Positions 5,954 through 13,752 of a stretch of 14,612 bases of DNA are shown in pieces; position 1 is the first letter of the stretch, and every line of letters begins with the position of its first letter. The stretch spans positions 1 to 14,612 of the forward strand of contig JANPLN010000004.1 in NCBI GenBank assembly GCA_031426555.1, written 5' to 3'. The position numbers and the translations under genes were made by a program. This DNA is from Bdellovibrionales bacterium (GTDB lineage: Bacteria; Bdellovibrionota; Bdellovibrionia; Bdellovibrionales; JAGQZY01). The notes under the pieces are model-generated. The model ran no database searches. It was not told where the DNA came from and saw nothing but the letters and a program-made list of their open reading frames with translations.

Positions 5954-8105
5954 ATTGCGCCTCCCAAGATTTTTTATAGAGCTGATTTAAAACTTCGGAC
6001 TTCACTTTAAGATCAGCCCATACCAGTTCGTTTTTCTGAGTCTGGCCAATTTTTTGTATTTTTAGAGGTTTTAAACCCCACGACTGCACTTCTTTTTCGA
6101 GAGCGGCCGCATTTTTTGTGCTCACCACAATTTGATAGAGCGGCTCTACAAAATGATTTTGCGTCGACTCAATCCGTGCACCCATGCCATTTAAACTCAT
6201 GCGTGTAAGTGCGTATAGCAAACCAAACTTACTCACAATGCGAGCACTGCTTACAAGGTCACTGGTTCCAAGTTTTGTAAGTTCTTTTACAAATTGATCA
6301 AACCCTTGAGTTTCAAAATTTAAAAAGGCTTTCGGCGTCTTGTCGTTCATTTCAGCAAGCAGTCCTTCGGCCCAGCAATCGCCCCAGGTGAGCGTGTAAA
6401 TTTCTTCGCCCTCGGAAGCGAAAGCTGTGGTTGGAAGATTTTCCATCTTCGAGCGCAAACCAACAAGGCCCGTACTCGGCGTGGGCGAAATGTTTTTGGA
6501 TTTGGTCTCGTTATAAAAACTCACATTGCCGCTAATGATGGGCGCTTGCAGCTCACGGCACGCGCTGTTCATGCCGTCGAGAGCCGCCACAAACTGAGTC
6601 ATGGTTTCTGTTTTTTCTGGATTGCCAAAATTTAAGCAGTCGGTCACCGCCAAGGGCTCAAAGCCCATCACGGCGAGTTGTAAAGCGGGATGCAAAATAG
6701 AATCGCGCCCACCAAACTGCGGATCCAGCCGCATCATATGCGGCCGACAACCAAGCACCACACCCAGCGCACGCCCTGACTCTGGCAAACGCACCACACC
6801 AACAGGATCAGAGCAGTCCCGTGCTGTTGCGGCACCCACGCGTTGATCATACTGGCGATACACCCACTCACGACTTCCACCGTGCTCAGATTTTAAAATC
6901 GTCTCAAGAGTTTGCAACGTGTTGCCCCCATCTTGCGGGACAGCTTGCGGCTTTAAGTAAGGCGAATTGTATTTTTCAAAAGGGCGCTGGTACTGAGGCG
7001 CATGACTGACGATGGTTGCTGGATTGATGTCTGTGATCAATTCCATATTCCAAAACAGACGAACATTGGGCCCTTGAGTCACTTTGCCGATGACCGAAGC
7101 ATCGAGGCCCCAGCGCTCAAACACTTCTTGGAGAGGTTTTAATTTTGCGGGGTCGCAAATCAGCAGCATTCGCTCCTGGCTTTCCGAAAGCATAATATCT
7201 TCTGGTGTCAGGGTGGAATCGCGCAAAGGCACTTGATCCAAGTGCATATCAATGCCCACTTCGCCCTTTTCGGCCATTTCAAACGTCGAGCTGGTTAAAC
7301 CTGCGGCACCCATATCTTGAATGGCCACAACTAAATCTTTTTTCATCACTTCTAAACAGGCTTCGATCAAAAGTTTTTCAAAGAAGGGATCGCCGATTTG
7401 CACTGTTGGTCGTTTGGCGGCCGAGTTGTCGTCAAACGACTCACTGGCCATGCTGGCTCCATGAATCCCATCGCGACCGGTTTTTGCACCCACGTACACA
7501 ACCAAGGTGCCAACGCCTTTGGCCTTCGACAAACAGATGGGGTCGGCTTTGCCAAAGTAACCAACCGCCATGGCGTTGACCAAAATATTTTCGTTATAGG
7601 AGCTATGAAAGTGTGTTTGCCCAGTGATAGTTGGAACACCCACGCAGTTGCCGTAGCCACCGATGCCGCGTACCACACCATCGACAAGCGTTTCCATACG
7701 GTTGGCCTTGGGTTCGCCGAAGCAAAGGTAGTTCGCGAGTGCGATGGGCCGTGCGCCCATGGTAAAAATATCACGAAGAATTCCACCCACTCCAGTGGCA
7801 GCCCCTTGGTAGGGCTCGATGAAGCTTGGGTGATTATGGCTTTCCATTTTAAAAGCAATCTTTTCGCCCTGGCCAAGATCTACAATCCCGGCGTTCTCAC
7901 CAAAACTTTGCAGCACTCGGGGTGACTGGCTAAAAAGCTGCTTGAGGTGAATTTTAGAACTTTTGTAACTGCAGTGTTCACTCCATAGCGCCGAGAAAAG
8001 CGCCCATTCTAAGCCTTTTGGATCGCGACCCAAGAGTTTTTGAATCTGTGCATACTCGTCTTGATTCAATCGATACAGTTTTAGTTTTATTTGTAATTCA
8101 GTCAT
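5937..8105 (-). CDS. purL: Phosphoribosylformylglycinamidine synthase subunit PurL (small type)
   Basis: WSEHCSYKSS, KMESHNHPS, PYQGAATGVGGILRDI, IQDMGAAGL, SESQERM, TDCLNFGNPE, GNVSFYNE. Confidence 0.98.
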   Translation of the reverse strand: MTELQIKLKLYRLNQDEYAQIQKLLGRDPKGLEWALFSALWSEHCSYKSSKIHLKQLFSQSPRVLQSFGENAGIVDLGQGEKIAFKMESHNHPSFIEPYQGAATGVGGILRDIFTMGARPIALANYLCFGEPKANRMETLVDGVVRGIGGYGNCVGVPTITGQTHFHSSYNENILVNAMAVGYFGKADPICLSKAKGVGTLVVYVGAKTGRDGIHGASMASESFDDNSAAKRPTVQIGDPFFEKLLIEACLEVMKKDLVVAIQDMGAAGLTSSTFEMAEKGEVGIDMHLDQVPLRDSTLTPEDIMLSESQERMLLICDPAKLKPLQEVFERWGLDASVIGKVTQGPNVRLFWNMELITDINPATIVSHAPQYQRPFEKYNSPYLKPQAVPQDGGNTLQTLETILKSEHGGSREWVYRQYDQRVGAATARDCSDPVGVVRLPESGRALGVVLGCRPHMMRLDPQFGGRDSILHPALQLAVMGFEPLAVTDCLNFGNPEKTETMTQFVAALDGMNSACRELQAPIISGNVSFYNETKSKNISPTPSTGLVGLRSKMENLPTTAFASEGEEIYTLTWGDCWAEGLLAEMNDKTPKAFLNFETQGFDQFVKELTKLGTSDLVSSARIVSKFGLLYALTRMSLNGMGARIESTQNHFVEPLYQIVVSTKNAAALEKEVQSWGLKPLKIQKIGQTQKNELVWADLKVKSEVLNQLYKKSWEAQFENLA

Positions 8106-8107
8106 TT

Positions 8108-8758
8108 TTAATTCCTAAAATAAAGTTGACCATCGCTGCTTCCCATCCACTCATAAATAGCACGCTCTGGGTGTGGCATCATGGCGACGACATTTTTTTT
8201 GGCGTTCATCACACCGGCAATATTTCCTGCTGACCCATTGGGATTGGCTACGTATGTGCAATACACCTGATCGTTATCTTGAATTTTTTTAAGCTCATCA
8301 TCCGTCACAAAATACCTGCCATCAGCGTGGGCGATGGGCATGCGCGACTTTTGATTTTTCTTTAGTTTTAAACCAAACCTTTTATGGGAATTTTGCGTTT
8401 CAATCTCAATCATTTGATCAATAAAGCGAAGTCCCGCGTTGCGCATCAAAGCCCCTGGCAGCAGCCCGGCTTCGCAAAGGATTTGAAAACCATTGCAGAC
8501 GCCAAAAATAGGATAGCCTTTTTCGGCGGCCGTGCGGAGAGAATCCATGGCCGGAGCGTGAGCAGCGAGGGCCCCCGAGCGTAGATAGTCTCCGTAGCTA
8601 AAGCCACCGGGTATAACAAACCCATCATAGTCTTCGACGTTGAAGGTATCTTGATGCCACAAAAATGTAGGTTTGGCGCCACTCCACTCGACGGCTTTGT
8701 AGATGTCCCAATCGCAATTCGTTCCGGGGAATCGCAACACGCCAATTTTGTCGCTCAC
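8108..8758 (-). CDS. purQ: FGAM synthase glutaminase subunit PurQ
   Basis: FPGTNCD, PGGFSYGDYLRSGA, GVCNGFQIL (catalytic Cys), NPNGS, MMPHPER. GTG start overlaps the purS stop (GTGA). Confidence 0.98.
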   Translation of the reverse strand: MSDKIGVLRFPGTNCDWDIYKAVEWSGAKPTFLWHQDTFNVEDYDGFVIPGGFSYGDYLRSGALAAHAPAMDSLRTAAEKGYPIFGVCNGFQILCEAGLLPGALMRNAGLRFIDQMIEIETQNSHKRFGLKLKKNQKSRMPIAHADGRYFVTDDELKKIQDNDQVYCTYVANPNGSAGNIAGVMNAKKNVVAMMPHPERAIYEWMGSSDGQLYFRN

Positions 8759-8997
8759 GGCAACTCCTCAATCTGAAACGTTTCAATGAGCGTATTGCAA
8801 AGAAGATCTTCCGAAATTTTTGTCGCTTGAGCGCGGGCGTGGGCTGGAGACTCGCCTTCGATCTGCAAAATAACAAACTTTCCAACTTTGCAGTCCATCA
8901 CTTGAAAGCCCTTGGACTTCAACGTCATGCCCACAGCGCGACCTTGGGTATCAAGCACTTCAGCTCTCGGCATGATTCGTACACCTATTTTATACAT
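8755..8997 (-). CDS. purS: FGAM synthase subunit PurS
   Basis: 80 aa from ATG 8997 (GGAG upstream); VLDTQGRAV, VGK, LLCNTLIETF match the PurS DPxG...GK...LLxNPVIE pattern; lies between purC and purQ. Confidence 0.95.
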   Translation of the reverse strand: MYKIGVRIMPRAEVLDTQGRAVGMTLKSKGFQVMDCKVGKFVILQIEGESPAHARAQATKISEDLLCNTLIETFQIEELP

Positions 8998-9727
8998 ATT
9001 GACTCCATTTGTTTTGAATTCTGTTCCAAACATCTTGGTATTTTTCTTTTACCTGCCCGAGATCTCGGCGAAAGCGATCTTTGTCTAATTTTTCGTTCGT
9101 CGCTTCATCCCACAGACGACAGCTATCGGGAGAGATTTCGTCGCCTAAAACGATTTCGCCTTTTTCGTTTTTCCCAAACTCTAATTTAAAATCCACAAGC
9201 TTGATTCCGCAGGTTGCGAAAAAGGATTTTAGTGCTTCATTTACTTTTAAGCCCAAGGTCTTCAGCTCATCCAGTTCCGCTTGTGAGTCCACGGTTTTTA
9301 AAAACAGCGCCTGGTCGTCGCTAATAAAGGGGTCTGCCAGTTCGTCTTTTTTATAATAAAACTCTACAAGGGCTTTGCTCATGCTCGAGCCTTCGGGGAT
9401 ACCTAACTTTTTTGCAGTGGATCCCGCCATGATATTGCGAACCACAACTTCCAGGGGAATCATGGTCAGCTTTGTGGTGACAAGAGAGGTGCTTGAGAGT
9501 TTCTCCACAAAGTGCGTGGGCACTCCTTTGTCAGCCAAGAATTTAAAGATGCTAGTTGTGATAAGGCAATTCAGTTCGCCTTTTCCTTCGAGTTCTTCTT
9601 TTTTCAGCGCATTGAAGGCCGTGAGTTGATTTTTAAACTCTTGCAGAACAAAACCGTCCTTGCCCTTTAAGGCAAAAATACGTTTTGCTTTGCCGTCGTA
9701 AAGCTGTTCGGCTTTTAGCCACGTCAT
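8990..9727 (-). CDS. purC: SAICAR synthetase
   Basis: LYDGKAK, IPLEVVVRN..AGS, LVDFKLEFG, DEISPDSCRLWD, LDKDRFRRDLG. Confidence 0.98.
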   Translation of the reverse strand: MTWLKAEQLYDGKAKRIFALKGKDGFVLQEFKNQLTAFNALKKEELEGKGELNCLITTSIFKFLADKGVPTHFVEKLSSTSLVTTKLTMIPLEVVVRNIMAGSTAKKLGIPEGSSMSKALVEFYYKKDELADPFISDDQALFLKTVDSQAELDELKTLGLKVNEALKSFFATCGIKLVDFKLEFGKNEKGEIVLGDEISPDSCRLWDEATNEKLDKDRFRRDLGQVKEKYQDVWNRIQNKWSQYV

Positions 9728-11019
9728 AGTTCACCTCTCAAAGTTTCAAATATTTTTCGCGTTTGTAAAATATGTCTTTCGCCAGAAAAGATGGAATCCA
9801 AAGTTTTGGCGTCGAAGTATTTTTTGGTATCGGGATTCGTGCTCAATTTTTCTTTCAGCTGCTCGCCGGGTTTCAACTGATGGCTGGCACTTTGTACTAA
9901 TTTGTATCCATCTTCGCGGGAAAGTCCTTGGTCTACCAGATGCAACAGCAAGTGCGAACTGAACAACTGACCTTGCGATAAATTCATATTCGCCAGCATC
10001 TGCTCTTTGTTCACCTGCAGCTGACTGAGCATTGTGGCCAAACGATCACAGGCGTAGTCGGCGAGAATAAAACTGTCGGGAAAAATCACTCGCTCCACTG
10101 AGGAATGGGAAATATCTCGCTCGTGCCAGAGAGCCACATTTTCCAGCGCGGAGAGCGCGTAGGACCTTAGCAGTCGTGCACAGCCGGTGAGGTTTTCGGC
10201 ACCGATGGGATTCTTTTTGTGAGGCATCGCACTGGAGCCTTTCTGCCCCGGCGAAAATCCTTCTTGCACTTCATTCACTTCGGTTCGCTGAAGATGGCGG
10301 ATCTCTGTAGCCAATCGTTCAAGCCCCGTGCCCAACATCGCAAGAGCTGTGAGCACCTCGGCATGACGATCTCTGGGGATCACTTGGGTAGCCACAGTTT
10401 CCTGCTGCAGACCTAAACGCGCGCTCACCTGTTTTTCCAAGTCGGGAGTCAAAAACGAATAGGTGCCCACTGCCCCACTCAGTTTACAAATCGCCATTTG
10501 CTGTAATGCCTGTTCGACTCGTTTTTTATTGCGAAGGGCCTCGTAATAATACCCCGCCATCTTGTAACCAAACGTGGTTGGCTCGGCGTGCATTCCGTGG
10601 GTGCGACCACTGCAAAGTGTTTTTTCGTTATCAATGGCGATTTTTTTAAGTGCCGCTAAAAGTTTATTTACGGACTTTAAAAGCACCACACCTGCGCGCT
10701 GAATTTGCACACTCAAAGCCGTGTCTAAAACATCCGAGCTTGTTAAACCGTAATGCACGTAACGACCTTCGGGTCCGATGTTTTCGGCCATGTTGCTCAC
10801 AAAGGCGATCACATCGTGGCGAGTTTCTTTTTCGATTTCTAAAATGCGATCGTACTGGATGGCCGCTTTCTCAGAAATCTTGGCAGCAGCGTCTTTGGGT
10901 ATCAACCCCATTTCACCTTGAACAAGGGCGACAGCCACCTCCACCTGCATCATGTTTTCAAAACGCGACTGCGGCGTCCAAAGATCACCCATTTCTTTTC
11001 GCGTGTAACGATCAACCAT
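9724..11019 (-). CDS. purB: Adenylosuccinate lyase
   Basis: RHDVIAF, HYGLTSSDVLDTA, GRTHGMHAEPTTFG, fumarase-family signature GSSAMPHKKNP, WHERDISHSSVER. Confidence 0.98.
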   Translation of the reverse strand: MVDRYTRKEMGDLWTPQSRFENMMQVEVAVALVQGEMGLIPKDAAAKISEKAAIQYDRILEIEKETRHDVIAFVSNMAENIGPEGRYVHYGLTSSDVLDTALSVQIQRAGVVLLKSVNKLLAALKKIAIDNEKTLCSGRTHGMHAEPTTFGYKMAGYYYEALRNKKRVEQALQQMAICKLSGAVGTYSFLTPDLEKQVSARLGLQQETVATQVIPRDRHAEVLTALAMLGTGLERLATEIRHLQRTEVNEVQEGFSPGQKGSSAMPHKKNPIGAENLTGCARLLRSYALSALENVALWHERDISHSSVERVIFPDSFILADYACDRLATMLSQLQVNKEQMLANMNLSQGQLFSSHLLLHLVDQGLSREDGYKLVQSASHQLKPGEQLKEKLSTNPDTKKYFDAKTLDSIFSGERHILQTRKIFETLRGEL

Positions 11020-12112
11020 GCAGTTTTCCTTCTTTTAAACTTTGTACGATTAAATTTTGCAAAGCCCAATAGGTCGAAAAAAAGAAATCATTCACTTTTT
11101 CTGTGCCAACGTAAAAAAGCCCATCCACATACCAGGAGGACTGGGTTTCCCAGGCCACGGGATCATAAATTGGAAAGAGCGAATAAAAGTTTTCCGATAG
11201 CAGCTCCCGAGGCTTTTGCACGCAAGTTATAGTCTCGGCATTGAACTTGGTTTTCAGCTCGGCCGTGATTTTTTCCTGAACCTTGTTGAAATAGGTTTCT
11301 TTTTGATGAAAATCAAAATAGGAGCGAAACCACACATCAAAAACATTTTTATTCTTATCTTTATGCAAGACTAAAAAGTTTTGTTCGATCCAGGGATCTT
11401 CGGCGCGAGGAACTAGCAACGTTCGCTGTGGCATTTTTTGCAAACAGGCAGAGGTCTCAATCTGAACTTGCACCTTTTGCCAGCAAAGACGTGGCCGCAA
11501 TGTTTCACCGCGCACCAACGCCGCCATTCCCTCATCATAGAAGGGCGCCATCTCATAAGAGTTTAGAAAAAAAACAAAGAACGGCGCAGACCATTCTTTT
11601 TCATTGATCTGAATTGATTTTTTATCGCGATTGATCTGCAAGCGCACATGGTCTTCGGGTAACAAACTAATCCCGCGAACTTTCGGGCCGGTGGCCGAAA
11701 GCGTCCAGTAGTCGTGCACAGGATTGAACGGTTGTTCCATCTCCGCCCATTTCGAGCGTGGCCAATCCATTTTTGAAGTTAAATTTTTAAAAAGACTTTC
11801 CACCCATTTTTCATTTTGAAAAAACTGCGATACGCGAAACGGACCTTGTGCTTCAAAGGTGCCAAAATCCGACCACGCACTCCAACCCGCAGGCTGCAAA
11901 TTCTTTTCGTAGTTTTGGTCAATCCAGGTGCGTAAATTGTCGTGAATTTTTTCTTCGCCAAAAAGCCCAAAGGGACCCGACATTTCAGCATCAGATCTTT
12001 CGCCAAGTTTTTCCGACCAGTCAAGCACTTGCACGTTCTTGCCCATGGAAGAGAGCTGATCGATCAACCAGTCTCCGCGGTGAAAAGCGTTGATCACAAT
12101 CACGTCATGCAT
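11012..12112 (-). CDS. Uncharacterised protein (orfX, 366 aa) inside the pur operon; degenerate FAD/Rossmann-fold-like, Trp-rich
   Basis: Start at ATG 12112 (SD GGAGGGAG; 8-nt overlap ATGCATGA with the purN stop); stop overlaps the purB start (ATGGTTGA). The N-terminus DVIVINAFHRGDWLIDQLSSMGKNVQVLDWSEKLG mimics a beta-alpha-beta dinucleotide-binding motif without GxGxxG. Confidence 0.85.
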   Translation of the reverse strand: MHDVIVINAFHRGDWLIDQLSSMGKNVQVLDWSEKLGERSDAEMSGPFGLFGEEKIHDNLRTWIDQNYEKNLQPAGWSAWSDFGTFEAQGPFRVSQFFQNEKWVESLFKNLTSKMDWPRSKWAEMEQPFNPVHDYWTLSATGPKVRGISLLPEDHVRLQINRDKKSIQINEKEWSAPFFVFFLNSYEMAPFYDEGMAALVRGETLRPRLCWQKVQVQIETSACLQKMPQRTLLVPRAEDPWIEQNFLVLHKDKNKNVFDVWFRSYFDFHQKETYFNKVQEKITAELKTKFNAETITCVQKPRELLSENFYSLFPIYDPVAWETQSSWYVDGLFYVGTEKVNDFFFSTYWALQNLIVQSLKEGKLHG

Positions 12113-12650
12113 AGGCTCCCTCCACAGCCCGTCGAACCAGTGCATACTCAGCTTGATGCATCATTTGTTCGGCAGACTTAAAACTGATTTTTTTAACCAC
12201 GTCTTTAGGCACAATCGTTTTCTGCAAGACCACGTGTCCTGCATCGACTTGCTCATTCACGTGGTGAACGGTGATTCCCATGTCCGCCCCGTCTTGATAA
12301 GCGCGCTCCATGCTTTTTAAGCCTGGGTAGTGCGGCAACAGGCTTGGATGAACATTCAGAATCACACCTGTCCAAGAGTTTAAAAATTCTGGCGGCACAA
12401 TTTTCATAAAACCTAAAAGAAAAACATGAGTGATTTGTAAACGCTCAAGCTCGGCACCTAGTTTTTGCCAATGGATTTTTGCATCGAGCACCAACGTTGG
12501 CACGCCACTTCGCCGAGCGCGCTTTAAGCCCTGGGCCTTGGGCGACGACGACACGACCAAGGCAACATCGAGATCCCATTTTTGGTCCAGCAGCGCCGAC
12601 ATGTTGGACCCCTGTCCCGAAATAAAGAGGGCCCAACGCGCTTTCGTCAC
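12105..12650 (-). CDS. purN: Phosphoribosylglycinamide formyltransferase
   Basis: FISGQGSNM phosphate loop, GFMKIV, catalytic LNVHPSLLP and GITVHHVNEQVDAG. GTG start overlaps the purM stop. Confidence 0.96.
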   Translation of the reverse strand: MTKARWALFISGQGSNMSALLDQKWDLDVALVVSSSPKAQGLKRARRSGVPTLVLDAKIHWQKLGAELERLQITHVFLLGFMKIVPPEFLNSWTGVILNVHPSLLPHYPGLKSMERAYQDGADMGITVHHVNEQVDAGHVVLQKTIVPKDVVKKISFKSAEQMMHQAEYALVRRAVEGAYA

Positions 12651-13633
12651 TTCTCCCCCGGATAAAAGAGCGGGGTGGAGTTTTTCACTACAACTCCGAG
12701 ATCGTAGTATTTAAACCCGTGTTTTTGTATGGTGTCGGAAAAAGCCTGGCGCTGATCTGCAGAGCCAACAATCGTCAAACCGATTCCACAGTTCAACGTT
12801 CCGAGCATTTGTTTTTTGGTCATCCCTGTGCGCTTTTGCACTTCCAAAAACGGCTCGGGCCACGACCAATCCTTAAGACTAATGGATAAGCCCTCAGGAA
12901 GGATGCGCGGAATATTTTCCATTCCGCTTCCGGTAATATGCGCCACTGCGTGAACACCTTGCTTTTGCAAATCGAGAACGAGATTTGTATAGAGTGCGGT
13001 GGGTTCGAGAAGTTCTTTTTTCCATTTGTCTAAATCGTTTTCGAAAACTTTTCTTAAAAGCGAAAATCCATTGCTGTGAAAACCACTGCTCGCCACGCCA
13101 ATGACAATGTCGTTTTCCTGCACACGATGGGAGCCTAAAATCTGCGGACGGTCCACCACTCCCACAGCAAATCCAGCACAGTCAAAATCCCGACCATGAT
13201 AAACACCAGGCATCTCGGCAGTCTCCCCACCAATGAGCTGAGCACCCACTTCGATGCAGGCTTTGCGAACACCCGCCAAAAATGGCCGAGCCTGTTCGAG
13301 CTCTAACTTACCCGTGGCGAAATAATCTAAAAAGAAAAGGGGCTTTGCTCCACAGCACGCAAGGTCGTTCACACACATGGCCACCAAATCTTGGCCAATG
13401 AAGTTGTACTCGTTAAAATGAACGGCGATTTTTAATTTTGTGCCCACACCATCGGTGCCGCTTACAATGCAGGGTTCTTTGTACTCGGGAAAATCAAAAC
13501 GCATGATGGAGGCAAAGCCGCCAACGCCAGAAATCATTTTGTCATCGAGGGGGCCTTTAACGTGGGTTTCCTGGATCCAATCGACAAGTTGGTCGCCTTT
13601 TTCAACATCGACCCCTGCGGATTTGTAATCCAT
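12647..13633 (-). CDS. purM: AIR synthetase (phosphoribosylformylglycinamidine cyclo-ligase)
   Basis: MDYKSAGVD, TDGVGTKL, DLVAMCVND, PLFFLDY, LIGGETAEMPG, SSGFHSNGFSL, AHITG, NCGIG; SD GGGAG upstream. Confidence 0.98.
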   Translation of the reverse strand: MDYKSAGVDVEKGDQLVDWIQETHVKGPLDDKMISGVGGFASIMRFDFPEYKEPCIVSGTDGVGTKLKIAVHFNEYNFIGQDLVAMCVNDLACCGAKPLFFLDYFATGKLELEQARPFLAGVRKACIEVGAQLIGGETAEMPGVYHGRDFDCAGFAVGVVDRPQILGSHRVQENDIVIGVASSGFHSNGFSLLRKVFENDLDKWKKELLEPTALYTNLVLDLQKQGVHAVAHITGSGMENIPRILPEGLSISLKDWSWPEPFLEVQKRTGMTKKQMLGTLNCGIGLTIVGSADQRQAFSDTIQKHGFKYYDLGVVVKNSTPLFYPGEK

Positions 13634-13659
13634 GCTCAGCTCCCTTTTATTTAGACCTT

Positions 13660-13688
13660 TTTCTACTATCTGGAGCCCTTTTTTTCAA
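13660..13688 (-). promoter_or_regulatory. Possible sigma70-type promoter of the pur operon
   Basis: Minus strand TTGAAA (13688-13683), 17-nt spacer, TAGAAA (13665-13660). The -10 lacks the conserved final T. Confidence 0.3.
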
Positions 13689-13695
13689 GCAAGAT

Positions 13696-13710
13696 GTCTC
13701 TTTTTGAGAC
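13696..13710. promoter_or_regulatory. Palindrome GTCTC-TTTTT-GAGAC in the divergent purM / beta-barrel spacer
   Basis: Perfect 5-bp IR with a 5-nt spacer, followed by an extra half-site TGTCTCA (13715-13721) overlapping the putative sigma28 -35. Confidence 0.5.
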
Positions 13711-13718
13711 GGACTGTC

Positions 13719-13746
13719 TCAACTTTCACCGTCGATGTACCGATAA
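13719..13746 (+). promoter_or_regulatory. Putative sigma28 (FliA)-type promoter giving a leaderless transcript
   Basis: TCAAC (13719-13723), 15-nt spacer, ACCGATAA (13739-13746; 7/8 match to GCCGATAA). ATG begins 7 nt after the -10 and has no SD. Confidence 0.6.
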
Positions 13747-13752
13747 TCTCAC

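Noticed and set aside
11012..12112. orfX as a divergent PurD/PurK/PurP (ATP-grasp) or PurH
   Set aside because: No ATP-grasp or PurH signature motifs were recognised. A non-homologous replacement remains open and is listed as a finding.
2851..12145. Longest-ORF starts at 2851, 3891, 3909, 9033 and 12145
   Set aside because: Downstream ATGs (2953, 3828, 3924, 8997, 12112) have SD motifs, coupling overlaps or proper signal/domain starts; the extensions run deep into neighbouring genes or operators.
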